Shown: piece by piece, positions 32,758-44,333 of the stretch
Layout: the number at the start of each line of letters is the position of its first letter
Numbering within the stretch: the first letter of the stretch is position 1
Assembly (NCBI GenBank): GCA_963793865.1
Contig: CAWCBP010000008.1
Coordinates: forward strand, 256,001 to 320,000
Source of the DNA: an uncultured delta proteobacterium
GTDB lineage: Bacteria; Desulfobacterota; WTBG01
Length of the DNA: 64,000 bases
Reading direction: 5' to 3'
Notes under the pieces: generated by a model
Told to the model about the DNA's origin: nothing
The model's input: only the letters and a program-made list of their open reading frames with translations
Databases searched by the model: none
Translations under genes and position numbers: made by a program

Positions 32758-34614
32758 CTAGCTTTTATCATTTGTTGTGCGGGGCAGTTCATAGAGAATG
32801 AAAGAGTCGTTTTCATACAGCACCGGCAGTTCAAAGGTTTTCGGCTTTTGGGTCACCACATACTGTGCGCGATGCTTTTTGGCAGCCGCGACAATTGCTT
32901 CCGTGGTGAGGGAATTGTAGCCCGCTTCCGCGCCCCGGATGGTTTTCCAGCCCAGGTCCTCCATCCGCGCGAACCATTGTTTCGCGTAGTCATTGTCAAG
33001 ATAGATGATGCTCGATCCCTCCGCCCAGTCCCCCAGGGTTGCCCGCTTTGAATAGATTCCGAAATCATTGAGATAGGGCGGGATGATGAACAGCGCGTCC
33101 TTGGCGGTGTGTTGTTGCGCGAAGCGTTGCACCTCCGCCCAGGGGTCTTTTTCACCTTTGCGGTAGCCATGGTAATAAATATCCGGTCCCCCCCGGTGCC
33201 ATAAGCTGCCGCCATCCAGGAACACGATAAACAGGAGAGCGACAGGTATGAAGGAACGGCGGTCCTGAAGGCGTGGAAAGTTATGTTCGAGCGCGCTGAG
33301 CAGCAGCAGAAACGCGCCGGCGGCGCCCAATCCGGTGCCCACGACCCTGGCGCCGTGGTCAAAGAGACCCTGGCAGATGAGAAAAAGGCTCAGCATGATA
33401 AAAAAAGCGGGGAGGAGATGCCGGTACATCCATGCATAGTGTTTCTCCAGCCTTGATTGCAGAAGAAGCAGCAGGAAAAAGATGTTAAAAAGAAGGAGAT
33501 AGTAGTAGGGGAAGGAATGAATGCAGCCGGTAAGCAGTATCAGGGTCGAGATGATGAGGAACCGTCTCAGGAAACTCCTGTCCCCGACGGTGATGAAGAG
33601 ATGGGCCAGGCAGGGAAGGGATAGTATGATGTAAAGCCAGGAACTCCTCCAAAGGCTCAATTTGATAATGGAAGCAACGGGAACGATTTCAGCGAATATG
33701 GTGCCCACGACGCACAGCACGCCGACAACACCGACAAAGAGTATGAGGTCGCTTTTCTTCCGGTCCGGGGGAAGGGTGGAAAGTCCCATGAGAAAGAGCC
33801 AGAAGTAGAGACCGGCGCGGAAAAAGTAGGAGGCCGGCCAGGTGGAGGGGAAAACGGTGTACCACACAGTCCACAGCACGCCGGTTAACCATTCCGGACC
33901 GTATTCCCAGCTGATGCGCGCATAGTCCAACGATTGGGTAAGCATGGGCAGCGCGGCACAGACGAAGGCGACACTGCACGCCAGCAGGGTTTTTATTCCG
34001 TATTCCCCGGGGTGCCTTAGCCAGTGAGCGAAGAGGAGCGCCAGGAGGAAAAGAGCGCTCATGGGATGAAAATTCCAGGCTGCCCCCATAAAGAAACATG
34101 CCAGGATATAATTTTTTCTGAATATGAGCGCGAGGGAGAGAATGTTGAGCATGATGGCCCACTGCAGCCCGTGGTGGAAAAAATTGATGTAGACGGCAGG
34201 CGAGCCGAGCGTCCACTCGTTAAGTTTGCCGGTGAAAAGCAGTGCGGTCGCGTAGCCGGCCAGGTCAGAGCCGGCCAGCGTTTTGCCGAGATAGAACAGA
34301 ACCGCCGTGGTGAAAAAGAGGCAGATGAGCCACTGTGCCATCGCGAAGGTTTCCAGATCGACATGGCGGAAAAGAGAGGGGCTGAGGTTGTGCATCAGTG
34401 AGAGGCGCGCCTTTTTCCCTTCAACGCTCTGGGTATAAAGCGAGCGGCGGAACAGGCTGGGATCAAGCTTGGCGGCAATGGGATCCACGTAAAGCCCGAC
34501 GGTGAGATAACGGTTCACATGAAAAAAACCGTTCATCAGGAAGGAGTGGGCGGTAATGAACAAAAGAATGAGCGCGGTCCGGACAATGCGGGAAGTGGTG
34601 CGGGTGGAATCCAT
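32758..34614 (-). CDS. Polytopic membrane protein (GT-C-like, DUF6798-like soluble C-terminus)
   Basis: DPSLF, NFHP, many TMs, C-terminal TAKDALFIIPP..FGIYSKRA..W..RM..GYNSL. Confidence 0.6.
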   Translation of the reverse strand: MDSTRTTSRIVRTALILLFITAHSFLMNGFFHVNRYLTVGLYVDPIAAKLDPSLFRRSLYTQSVEGKKARLSLMHNLSPSLFRHVDLETFAMAQWLICLFFTTAVLFYLGKTLAGSDLAGYATALLFTGKLNEWTLGSPAVYINFFHHGLQWAIMLNILSLALIFRKNYILACFFMGAAWNFHPMSALFLLALLFAHWLRHPGEYGIKTLLACSVAFVCAALPMLTQSLDYARISWEYGPEWLTGVLWTVWYTVFPSTWPASYFFRAGLYFWLFLMGLSTLPPDRKKSDLILFVGVVGVLCVVGTIFAEIVPVASIIKLSLWRSSWLYIILSLPCLAHLFITVGDRSFLRRFLIISTLILLTGCIHSFPYYYLLLFNIFFLLLLLQSRLEKHYAWMYRHLLPAFFIMLSLFLICQGLFDHGARVVGTGLGAAGAFLLLLSALEHNFPRLQDRRSFIPVALLFIVFLDGGSLWHRGGPDIYYHGYRKGEKDPWAEVQRFAQQHTAKDALFIIPPYLNDFGIYSKRATLGDWAEGSSIIYLDNDYAKQWFARMEDLGWKTIRGAEAGYNSLTTEAIVAAAKKHRAQYVVTQKPKTFELPVLYENDSFILYELPRTTNDKS

Positions 34615-34676
34615 AATAAGCTTTTTTTGAACCCCGGGACAATCGATGAAAAAGAGTTGCGTACGGCTGCACCTCG

Positions 34677-35402
34677 TCAGGCGTAGAGTCCTTTCAGGTC
34701 GTTCAGTTTGATCCGCAGCAGATCAAGTCCGCAGGCAATCACGTTCCTGAACACGCGCACCTTGGACCCGCCGGTGTGTTCCCATGCCACCACTATTTCT
34801 TTAATCCGGTGTCCGTATTTCCGCGCCACGAAAATATTTTCAGCGTCAAAACTCCAGTTGTTGAGCCGCTGCCGGGAGAAGATTGCCTGCACGCACCTTT
34901 TCCTGTAACATTTGAAGCCGCAGGTGATATCGGAGACGCCGAGGCGGAGGAGGAAATTTGCCAGCAGGATATATCCATAGCCGAAGAATTTTCTTTTAAA
35001 GGGCGCCTTCTGCTTGAGGGTTCTCCGGGCGATATAGATGTCAATCTCTTCGGAGAACTGGGGGATAAAGCGGTCAATTTCCTCTATGGATGTGGATCCA
35101 TCGGCATCGATGAAGAAAATATACTCGCCGGTGGCCTCAAGCATCCCTTTTCTAATGGCGGCTCCCTTGCCCGCGTTCCGGGCGAGCCGTATAATTTTGT
35201 ATCTGCCTTGCAGCTGCCGGCCGAGCAGGTCTTCCACCATCGCGACGGTCCGATCGGTGCTTCCGTCGTCGACGATCACAATTTCGCTCGAGAAGCCCTT
35301 CTGTCGAACAAACTCGATCACCCGGGGGAGAAAGAGGTGAATTCGCCTTTCCTCGTTGTAAACCGGTATGACAATGCTTATAAAGCAGGGTGTCCCCTTC
35401 AT
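34677..35402 (-). CDS. Dolichyl/polyprenyl-phosphate beta-glucosyltransferase-like GT2
   Basis: IVIPVYNEE, VDDGSTD, NAGKGAA, FIDADGST, DITCGFK, WSFDAE, GSKV. Confidence 0.9.
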   Translation of the reverse strand: MKGTPCFISIVIPVYNEERRIHLFLPRVIEFVRQKGFSSEIVIVDDGSTDRTVAMVEDLLGRQLQGRYKIIRLARNAGKGAAIRKGMLEATGEYIFFIDADGSTSIEEIDRFIPQFSEEIDIYIARRTLKQKAPFKRKFFGYGYILLANFLLRLGVSDITCGFKCYRKRCVQAIFSRQRLNNWSFDAENIFVARKYGHRIKEIVVAWEHTGGSKVRVFRNVIACGLDLLRIKLNDLKGLYA

Positions 35403-35563
35403 GATCGCTCTGCGAAAAAAGTGTTTTATTTACACTTGATAAACAGTTATACTGAGTCCGCTCTTGTTGCCGACGGCACGCTAATTGGTGCAAGACTAAA
35501 TCAGATTTTACCCCTTTTTTCAATTTATTTTTAGGGGAATTATTTGCGCCCAGCAGAACACAG

Positions 35564-35674
35564 GATTTCTCAGTCGCTTCGCTCCTTCGAAATGACAGGG
35601 CAAAGGAACAGATATATTCAAACAATATGCCGGGAATATTTTTTTGTCATCCTGCGACTTGATCGCAGGATCCA
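35564..35674. repeat. Two adjacent palindromic repeats (TTCGAAATGAC family and GTCATCCTGCGACTTGATCGCAGGATCCA family)
   Basis: 35564-35597 matches the 1368-1480 element; 35646-35674 recurs at 61359-61387 and 61494-61522. Confidence 0.8.
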
Positions 35675-35703
35675 GCAAACAAGCATAAACTTTCATCCGA
35701 TAA

Positions 35704-37185
35704 ATGAACATCACACCCGAAAACACTGACCGAATCGCGTTGCTTTTGCTCGGCCTGGCCCTGCTGGCAGGATGTGTCCTGCGTTGCTGGAACATAACCC
35801 AGAGCTTCTGGTGGGATGAGATATGGAGCACCCTCCCTTACGCCAAGGCCCATTCTGTCTGGCACATCTTTACCGACCTCGGGTACTATTTCAATAACCA
35901 CCTGCTGAATTCTCTTTTGGTACGCTGCTCGATAAAGGTTTTCGGCGAGAGCGAATGGGCGGCCCGGCTGCCCGCCCTGCTCATGGGACTGCTTGCTATT
36001 CCAGCGGTGTTTCAATTCGGGAAGCTGTTCTCGGGGACTTTATGCGCCGGTGCCGCCGCGCTGCTGCTCGCCTTTTCTCCTTTCCACATCGATCACTCTA
36101 CCGAGGCCCGCGGCTATGCCGGCCTTGCCCTCTTCGCGATTCTCTCTTCCTTGTACTTTCTCCGGGCGATGAAGGCGAATGAGATGCGGGCATGGGTGCT
36201 GTTCGGAATCTGCACGGTGCTCGGCTTTTGTTCGCACATCTTCATGGTTGCCGTGTCGGCCTCCCAATTGTGTACCGCCCTCCTGGTTACCGGCGCGGTC
36301 GGGTGGTTTCACGCCCCGCTGCACTGCAGCTCACGGGCGTTGCGCGGCGCAGCTATTTCCCTGTTCTGTGCCGGTGTCATTACCGTGCTCATCTACAGCC
36401 CCATCCTTCCCGCCTTTTTTGCAAATCTGGGCAAAGTGCGCCTGGTGGATGTCAATCGCGTTCCCTTCGTGGCGAGCCTGGCGGGCTCGTTCCTGTTCCC
36501 CGGCATCGCCACCGTTCCGGGGTGCATTGTATACGGTGCCCTGGCGGGCTCGGGCATGTACGTGATGCTGAGGAAGGATCCGGTGCTATGTGTCTACCTT
36601 GTAGCGCTGTTCCTGCTGCCGCTTTCCCTCTACCTGCTGATAAACCCCATGTTTGTGTTTGAGCGCTATTTTATCTTTGCCCTGCCTTTTGCGTTGCTGG
36701 TGATCGCCCAGGGGATAGCGGCGCTGGCCGGCGGATTGAGGCCCCGCTTCAGGATCCCGGCGGTGATGGTCATGCTGGCGCTGATTGCCTGGCTGCAGTA
36801 CCCTGCCATTGCCGGGCAGCTCGGCCGGGACCGGCAGAACTACCGTGAGGCCGTCCGCGCCGTGGAAGGGGCAAATGGCCGCGCCGGGGATCTGGTTTTC
36901 TCCCTGGGGTACGCCGGCGAGCACTTCCGCTACTACGCGTCCACGTGCACCGTCCATACTCCTGAAACGCCTGATGAACTGTCCGGGCTGATGGAAGGCA
37001 GGGAACGCGCCTGGTGTCTGATCACCGCCTGGCTTCCGGACCTCCGCCCCCCCCATGAAGATGAAGCCCTTTACGCGGAGCGGCCCGGTCAGGCTGAGAT
37101 ATATAATTATGTGAAAGGTCATTTTAAACTTGTACAGCGCTTTTCTTCACGGTATCCTGTGGACGTTTATTTTCTGGAACAATAA
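35704..37185 (+). CDS. GT39/PMT-like glycosyltransferase
   Basis: SFWWDE, NNHLL, FGESEWAARLP, STEARGY, FERYFI. Confidence 0.85.
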   Translation: MNITPENTDRIALLLLGLALLAGCVLRCWNITQSFWWDEIWSTLPYAKAHSVWHIFTDLGYYFNNHLLNSLLVRCSIKVFGESEWAARLPALLMGLLAIPAVFQFGKLFSGTLCAGAAALLLAFSPFHIDHSTEARGYAGLALFAILSSLYFLRAMKANEMRAWVLFGICTVLGFCSHIFMVAVSASQLCTALLVTGAVGWFHAPLHCSSRALRGAAISLFCAGVITVLIYSPILPAFFANLGKVRLVDVNRVPFVASLAGSFLFPGIATVPGCIVYGALAGSGMYVMLRKDPVLCVYLVALFLLPLSLYLLINPMFVFERYFIFALPFALLVIAQGIAALAGGLRPRFRIPAVMVMLALIAWLQYPAIAGQLGRDRQNYREAVRAVEGANGRAGDLVFSLGYAGEHFRYYASTCTVHTPETPDELSGLMEGRERAWCLITAWLPDLRPPHEDEALYAERPGQAEIYNYVKGHFKLVQRFSSRYPVDVYFLEQ

Positions 37186-37222
37186 CCGCATGGCCGGCGC
37201 TTCACTGCCCGGGAAAGATTCT

Positions 37223-39590
37223 ATGATGAAACGAAGTGTCTATTGGGGTGTTTTTTTTGTTGCCCTGGCAACCCTTGCCTGGGAGGTCCTTTTAACCCGC
37301 ATTTTCTCGGCGACCATTTATTATCATTTTGTGTTTATATCGATTTCCCTGGCCATGCTCGGCTTCGGTTGCAGCGGCGTTGCGGTTTTTTTGTTTCCCC
37401 GGTTTTTTTCAAAGGAACGGTGCAGCCTTCATCTCACGCTGAGCGCGGCGCTCTTTTCCCTGACCATGCTGCTGGCAATCATTGCATACCTGCAGATACA
37501 GGCTGCCTTCATCCCCTCTCTTCAAACCTTCGCCGTGCTCTGCGCGGTATTTTTCCTTATTTTTCTCCCCTATTTTTTTTCCGGTCTGTGCATCACCCTC
37601 GCCCTCACCCATTACTCGCCGCGGGTCAACGTGCTGTACTGCTACGATCTCATCGGGGCGGGACTGGGCTGCGTGTTTGTCATGGGAATGCTTTTTATCT
37701 ATGACGGCATCAGCCTGGTGATAGCAGCCTCGGTACTGGCCATGTGCGCCTCGCTGCTTTTCTCCCGGTCGCTGGCCGGAGACGCTGGTGAAACGGCTCG
37801 TTTTTCCGGCCGCGGTGGTTTTGCTTGCCGCGGCCTTTGCGGTCAATGCCTACGGGGTGCGGTTCCTCAAGGTGAAGTACGTTGCCGGGCAGTCCGAGAG
37901 CGACATCATATTCGAGAAGTGGAACCCAATCAACCGGGTGACGGTGAGACCGGTCGCCCCTGAAATTTTTTCCGGGGAAAAGGTATTGCAGATTAATTAT
38001 GATGCGACCGCCGTCTCATCAATTCATTTTTTTGACGGTGATCTGAAGCGACTGGAGTACCTGCAGCGACTGCCGTGGTCCTTCTACTATCGCATCAGAA
38101 AAGAGGCGGAGGTGCTGATCATCGGCGTGGGCGGCGGGCATGACGTGCTCACCGCCTATATCAACGGCCACCGCGCCATTACCGGCGTCGAAATCAATCC
38201 CACCATCGTCAGGCTGGTGAAGGAAACCTATCGTCATTTCAATGGCGACCTTTTTCATCAGCCCGGCATCCGGCTGGTGTGCAATGACGGGAGAAATTTC
38301 ATCCGGCACACCGACAGACAATTTGACATCATCCACCTCAGCAATGTTGACAGCTTTGTGGCAAGCTCGTCGGGGTCGTTCACCTTTGTGGAGAATTCCC
38401 TTTACACGGTTGAGGCTTTTAAGGACTATTACCGCCGCTTGAAGGATGACGGGGTTTTGTGGATGGGGAGGTGGAACACCATTGAAGGTTATTTTCTGGA
38501 AACCTTCCGGGTGTTGACCGGCGCGGTTGAGGCCCTGGATGAGCTGGGGGTTGCCGAGCCTGAAAAGCATCTGGTTATTCTTGAGGCGCGAACCCCGGTG
38601 CCCTGGCGGCCGGCGGTGGTGCTGCTGAAAAAATCCCCCTTTGATTCAGAGGAACTCCGGGCCATCGACCGTTTGCGGGATGAGATGGGGCTGGTGTGGC
38701 TCCATCATCCTGAAAGGAGAATGGCAAACGCCCTGGATGAATACCTTTTTACCTCCGACCGGCAGGCCATTCTGGACCGGTATCCTTTCCGGGTTGACCC
38801 GAACCGGGACGACTGCCCCTTCTTCTACAATTTTTTAAAACCGGTTCACTACCTGTGGAATCCACACACCGCCGCGGTGCCCTTTACCTACCCGGTGTTC
38901 ATGTTTAAATCGCTTTTGATCATTGTGCTGGTGATGGTTGTGTTCACCATGTTTCTGCCGCTTCTGGTTTCCAATGCAGTTCGGCGTCAGATCGGGCAGG
39001 TGGACCGGCCCTGGGGGTATCTGCTTTATTTCGCATGTCTCGGTCTGGGATTTATGTTTGTGGAAATCCCGCTCATTCAAAAATTCATCCTCTTTTTAGG
39101 GCAGCCCCTTTACGCGATAGGTCTCATTCTTTCCACGCTGCTGATTGCATCCGGGATAGGCAGCCTGCTGGCAGGAAGATTTGCAGAAAGCACGGCCTTG
39201 CGCCGTTTGTGTGGCGTTATCATTATATTGTGCATAGCGTTAGCGGTGTATATAGGCGGCCTGCCCCGGGTGTTTGAAATGTTTCTGGGGGTGCCTCTTG
39301 TGGCACGTTTTGTGGTCGCCGTCATATTACTCCTGCCCCTGGGCATGCTCATGGGGATGGCCTTTCCCCTCGGCATTCGGGTATTGGCAAAAGACGCGCA
39401 ACCGATGGTACCGTGGGTGTGGGGGATCAATGGCGCCTGCTCCGTGATGGGTTCAGTCATGGCATGGGGGATTTCGCTCAACTTTGGCTATGATGCGACC
39501 CTGTGGGCTGCAACCGCAATTTATAGCTGTGCGTGCCTGAGCATGGTTTTTAAATCGAATTTGCTCAGTCGCAAAGCAAAGGTGTCGTAA
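37223..39590 (+). CDS. Membrane protein with spermidine synthase-like SAM-binding domain, frameshift near 37790
   Basis: EVLLTRIFS, YCYDLIGAGLG; VLIIGVGGGHDV, GVEINP, DGRNFI, ENSLYTVEAF, DDCPFF, PWVWGING. Confidence 0.85.
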
Positions 39591-39594
39591 CCAT

Positions 39595-41073
39595 ATGGCT
39601 GCTAACACTGGTCGAAAATGCTATTGGTTGCTCTTCGCGCTCTTCTTCATCAGCTACGGCTATTTCTTTCAAGGCGGGGGGTGGAATCAGAATTCGCGCC
39701 TCTGCCTTACCCGCGCCATCATTGATCGCGGCTCCTTTATCATCGATGCGTATAGGGAGGATGCACCGGGAATAAAGTTCGTGAATGCCGGGGACTGGGC
39801 ATATTATAACGGTCACTACTACTCCAACAAATCCCCCGGCCTGTCGTTCATGGCAGTCCCGTTTTTCGCTGCCTCCCAGGCGCTTGCGGCGCGCCTCATC
39901 CCGGGCGATCCGGGGCGGCAGGTGCTGGTGAGTGCCTATTGCAGCACCGTGTTCACCGTGGGGTTGCTTTCCGCATTCCTGTGTCTCCTCATCTTCTATG
40001 TCTTTCACCGCGTTTTTTCCATGCGTGTCAATGCGGCGCTGCTGCTGGCGGTGCTTTATGGCTTCGGAACCCTCGCATTCTCCTACAGCACCACATTCTA
40101 TTCCCACCAGCCCGCGGCATGCTGCTCGTTTCTCTCGTTTCTGCTGGCCATGAACATCCGCTACGGCGCTGCCCCCCGCAAAACGCTGATGGCGGTGCTC
40201 GCGGGATTTTCCGCCGCCGCCGCGGTGGTGATTGAACCTTCCGCGATGATCATGCTTGTGGGTGTGGCATTCTGCCTGGTGAGCGTGCGGGAGGGGAGAA
40301 GTTATATCCCGCTCTACGTGCTCGGCTGCGTTCTGCCGCTCACAGTGCTGGGGTGGTATAACTACGTGTGCTTTGGCCACCCGCTGGCCTCGGGCTACAC
40401 CTACTCCAATGATATGGTGATGTGGAAGGTGGAGGGCAAGCTCTTTGGATTGCCCGGTCTCAGGCGGTTCTATGATCTGCTCATCTCCCCCCACCGGGGA
40501 CTTTTTTTCAGCTCACCGGTTCTGCTCATGGCGCTGCCCGGCCTGTTCATCGCCCTGAGACGACGACAGTGGCTGAGTGAAATTTTGTTCTGCGCGGTGA
40601 TCTCAGGAGTTTTTATCGTGTTCATTGCCTGCCTGCACGCGTGGCATGGCGGATGGGCCGCGGGGCCCCGCTACCTCCTGCCTGCCTTTCCCTGGATATT
40701 CATGATGGCGGGGCTTTGTCTTCCGCGCATTCCCCGGGTTTTCATGACTGTGGGCCTGCTGTCACTGCTGATCAATATTTCCATCGCCATCGTGGGCAAT
40801 GAGATTCCCCTGGAAGTGAAAAATCCCCTCTTTGATGTGGTCTGGAAACATCTCATCGCGGGCAGGGTTTCCATCAACCCCTTCCCCCTCTCGCACTGTG
40901 CGGACTATACCATGGCTGAAATGGCGCGCGTCGAAACCTGGCGGGCCAACTTCAGTTCGTTCAACCTGGGCGAGCTGCTCTTTCCTTACAGCATTGCCAG
41001 TGTTCTTCCCCTGGCGGTCTTCTGGGCTGTCTGGGGATACTGGTGGAGGAAGATCGTTTGTCATCATCGCTAG
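39595..41073 (+). CDS. Polytopic GT-C-like membrane protein
   Basis: NQNSR, YYSNKSPGLS, RGLFFSSP, WHGGWAAGPRYLLP. Confidence 0.65.
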   Translation: MAANTGRKCYWLLFALFFISYGYFFQGGGWNQNSRLCLTRAIIDRGSFIIDAYREDAPGIKFVNAGDWAYYNGHYYSNKSPGLSFMAVPFFAASQALAARLIPGDPGRQVLVSAYCSTVFTVGLLSAFLCLLIFYVFHRVFSMRVNAALLLAVLYGFGTLAFSYSTTFYSHQPAACCSFLSFLLAMNIRYGAAPRKTLMAVLAGFSAAAAVVIEPSAMIMLVGVAFCLVSVREGRSYIPLYVLGCVLPLTVLGWYNYVCFGHPLASGYTYSNDMVMWKVEGKLFGLPGLRRFYDLLISPHRGLFFSSPVLLMALPGLFIALRRRQWLSEILFCAVISGVFIVFIACLHAWHGGWAAGPRYLLPAFPWIFMMAGLCLPRIPRVFMTVGLLSLLINISIAIVGNEIPLEVKNPLFDVVWKHLIAGRVSINPFPLSHCADYTMAEMARVETWRANFSSFNLGELLFPYSIASVLPLAVFWAVWGYWWRKIVCHHR

Positions 41074-43264
41074 CGCGGCCGCTGCTGGTGCTGCTGGTAT
41101 GCCTTTTCCTTCTGCAGCGCATCGGGCTGATCCTTTACGGATATCCGCATATTGCCCATCCAACATTTGATGAGACGGCGAGCGGGGTGCTTGCCTGCGA
41201 CCTCCTCGACGGAAATGTGCGGGCCCCGCTTTCAGTCTATCAGTACGAGAGCAGGTCCGGAGACAGCCTGATAGAGGGTTTTTTGCTGGCCCCCTTCTTT
41301 GCGCTCTTCGGGCGTTCCCTGCTTTCTTTAAAATTGCTTGCCCTGGCTTCGTCCTTGTTCAGCATGCTCTGCTGGATAGCCTTGCTCAGGCGATATCAGG
41401 GGGCGTGGGCAGCGATTATCTGTGCCGCGCTCTTTGTGCTTCCGCCGCCCCTGTTTTCCCGTCTCACCCTGCTTGGCACCATTGCGTCGCACCACCTTAT
41501 AAATCCCATGATGTCACTCCAGCTGCTGCTGTTGTTTGCCATCGCCGAAGCGGGCAGGGACCGGGCATCACCCTGGCTGTGGCTGGGGCTGGGGGCGCTT
41601 GCCGGCCTGGGCGCCTACACCTTTTACACCTATATTATTTTTGACCTCTTATGCGCGCTGATGCTTCTTTTTTTCAGGCCGCAGCTCATCTCGGCAAAAG
41701 CGCTGCTGTTATTCGGGGCGGGGTTGCTGGCCGGTTTTTCACCCTGGATGGCAATGACCATCACGTCGGGGGGCGGGGGAGGCTATCTCCTTTCCATCCT
41801 TCGGGACATCAGGTTTGACGGATGGGTGCTGGCGAGGAATTTTCTCTTCACCTTCCCCCATGCCCTGGGATACGGTTATCCCTCACCGGGAATAGGAACG
41901 GTATCGATCCTCTTTTCCCTGTTCACCCTTCTGCTGGCCGCCGGACTGGCCATCGGCTGCTTCAGGCATCTCGGTTCTCTGCGGACCCGTTCGTGGCGGG
42001 AAGCGTTCCAACACCTGCAGCCTTCGCACCTGCTGGGCATATTTCTGGTGCTCTTCCCCCCGTTCTTTCTCCTGCTGCTGTCAATGTCACCCCTTGAGAT
42101 AAAGCCGTTCGAATACTGGCCGGCAGTCGGTTTCTTCGGGCAGTTTTCCGTCGCGGATCTCTACCGCTACCGGTGGCTCACCCCGCTTTACCCCTTCATC
42201 CTGGCCCTGGTGGCAGTTGCCATGGCAGGCCTGGCGGCGGAAAACCGAGGGCATCCGCTCATCCGCCGGGCGGCGGGAATCAGCCTGGTTTTTTTTCTCA
42301 TCGCCGGCGTGGTTAAAAGTGTTTCCCTCTGTTCGGAAAGCGAGTATATGAAAGTATGCTCCTACAAAGGCTTCAGCTATGATCAGATGGGGAACCGTTT
42401 TATGCTGCGCCAGGGTGACGATATTTGAACCGGGGAGCGGGCGAGCGGTTTATTGCGGATTATCCCGAAGGAAACCGGTCGGAGCTGTATAAATTTCTCG
42501 GTGCCCGGGTGATGCGAGAGACAGTTGAGCATGCCGGTACGGAACAGCACCTGGAAGGGTTTTTAAAGGAGCTTGCGCCCGCGCATAAAGACGATGCCCT
42601 CTATGGCATCATCTGGGCCGCGCAAAGTATACCGGAACATGTCTTTCAACCGTATGCACGCTATCTGGCAGAGAACTTGAACGGCTTGTTTTATGAAATG
42701 TGGGGATATCGGTATTTTGCGTACAGGTACTACCTGGTTTTGCTTAACCGGGAAGCGATCACAGCTTGTTTGTCTCCGGGAGAGCGGTGGTTCTTCAGGG
42801 AATTCCTCCTGAACTTTGAAGGTGCCATGCAGGGGAGGGCGGGAGAGGAACTGGAAGGGAGATTTGCAGGCGAGATAGAAACCATTCCCCTGCAGTATCA
42901 ACCTGATGTTGTGCGGGGGATCGGCATGCGGGTAGGGGATGAAATGCTCTTTAACCCGGTGGGCATTGCCGACTATCCGCTCGACAGCCGTTATGGCCGG
43001 CGGTTTGAGCACAGACTGCAAGAGGCATTCTACGAGGGGGTGGGGGCGGGTTTTGCTGAAGCGCTCTGCCGCTTATGGAAAACCCTGCTCTTGCCGGAGG
43101 ACCACGCCTCGCCGCTTTATACAACACGGCTTGACCTGGAGCGGGATCGCTGTCAAACCCTGATGGCGGCGGTATCACCCGCACATGCCGAGCTTATCCG
43201 CAGGGGCTTTACCAGGCAGATGCGCGCCAAACATAAAGGGGACGTCCATAAAATTATAAATTGA
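41043..43264 (+). CDS. GT39-like membrane protein with soluble C-terminal extension (ORFs 41043..42428 and 42425..43264, probably one gene or a coupled pair)
   Basis: FDE after first TM, LFGRSLLSLKL, YRWLTP; second ORF lacks a clear start and ends inside the transposon left inverted repeat. Confidence 0.6.
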
Positions 43265-44331
43265 TTTATGTAATGTTTTTTGTTGCGAGTAGTTCATATG
43301 CCGCGCAAATCACGAATTGATGTACCCGGAGCAATTCATCACATAATAATAAGAGGTATAGAAAGGAAAAGAATATTTCAGGATAACCTTGATAGAAACA
43401 ATTTCCTTGATCGGATGGGAAGTATATGCACCGGGTTGAATGTTATCTGCTATGCATGGGCCTTGATGCCCAATCATGTACACCTTTTGTTGAGAAGTGG
43501 TACGGCACCCATACCTACTGTCATGAGACGACTTCTCACCGGTTATGCGGTAACCTATAACCATCGCCACAAACGGCACGGTCATTTATTTCAGAACCGA
43601 TACAAGTCGATTCTTTGTCAAGAAGACACCTACCTGCTAGAATTAGCGCGATACATACACTTAAATCCGCTCAGAACAGCTGCGGTATCGGACATAGAGA
43701 GTTTAGATCATTATCCTTATTCCGGCCATAGCGTTATCATGGGGAAGAGAAAAAACGATTGGCAGGAAATCGGTTACATCCTTGGCCATTTTGGATCAGT
43801 TACTTCCCAAGCGCGCAAGCGCTATAGAGCATATATTCAAGATGGCATAGCAAGGGGCAGGCGGGCAGATCTGACAGGAGGGGGGTTAATACGGAGCCTG
43901 GGCGGGTGGTCTGAGGCCAGCCTGAGACAAGGTCAGGGGGACCGCATTAAGGCAGATGAACGTATTTTGGGGAATGGTGATTTTGTTGAGGAAGTGCTGC
44001 GAAGATCAGAAGAAAGATTAGAGCGAAAGTATCAGTTACAAGCGCGCGGTATTGATCTTGAAAGTCTTGCCAGAAGAGTTGCTTTGCTCTTTGGTATTGA
44101 GCCTGAAAAGATATATGCGCCGGGGAAGTATAAACAGCGCGTTGATGCTCGCAGTCTTTTTTGTTATTGGGCAGTGCGGGAGCTTGACTTTCGTACAACC
44201 GAGCTTGCTAAAAAGCTTAGGCTTTCGCAACCGGGGGTAAGTATCTCGGTAAAGAGAGGGGAAAAAATAGCGAGAGAAAAAGGAATTCAGTTTTCAATTG
44301 ATTAGAAATTTATAATTTTATGGACGTCCCC
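43238..44331. mobile_element. 1.09-kb element bounded by perfect 25-bp inverted repeats, carrying a Y1/RAYT-type transposase
   Basis: ggggacgtccataaaattataaatt (43238-43262) and aatttataattttatggacgtcccc (44307-44331); interior visibly more AT-rich than flanks. Confidence 0.85.
43298..44305 (+). CDS. Y1_Tnp HUH (RAYT-like) transposase with C-terminal HTH (DnaA C-terminal-like)
   Basis: MPRKSR..PG..HHIIIRG, ALMPNHVHLL (HUH), GHLFQNRYKS, RYIHLNP, YPYS; C-terminal ARSLFCYWA...ELA..L..SQPGVS. Confidence 0.92.
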   Translation: MPRKSRIDVPGAIHHIIIRGIERKRIFQDNLDRNNFLDRMGSICTGLNVICYAWALMPNHVHLLLRSGTAPIPTVMRRLLTGYAVTYNHRHKRHGHLFQNRYKSILCQEDTYLLELARYIHLNPLRTAAVSDIESLDHYPYSGHSVIMGKRKNDWQEIGYILGHFGSVTSQARKRYRAYIQDGIARGRRADLTGGGLIRSLGGWSEASLRQGQGDRIKADERILGNGDFVEEVLRRSEERLERKYQLQARGIDLESLARRVALLFGIEPEKIYAPGKYKQRVDARSLFCYWAVRELDFRTTELAKKLRLSQPGVSISVKRGEKIAREKGIQFSID

Positions 44332-44333
44332 CT

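Noticed and set aside
35474..35489. Possible sigma54 promoter (cggcacgctaattggt)
   Set aside because: The -12 element reads TTGG rather than TTGC; too weak to call.
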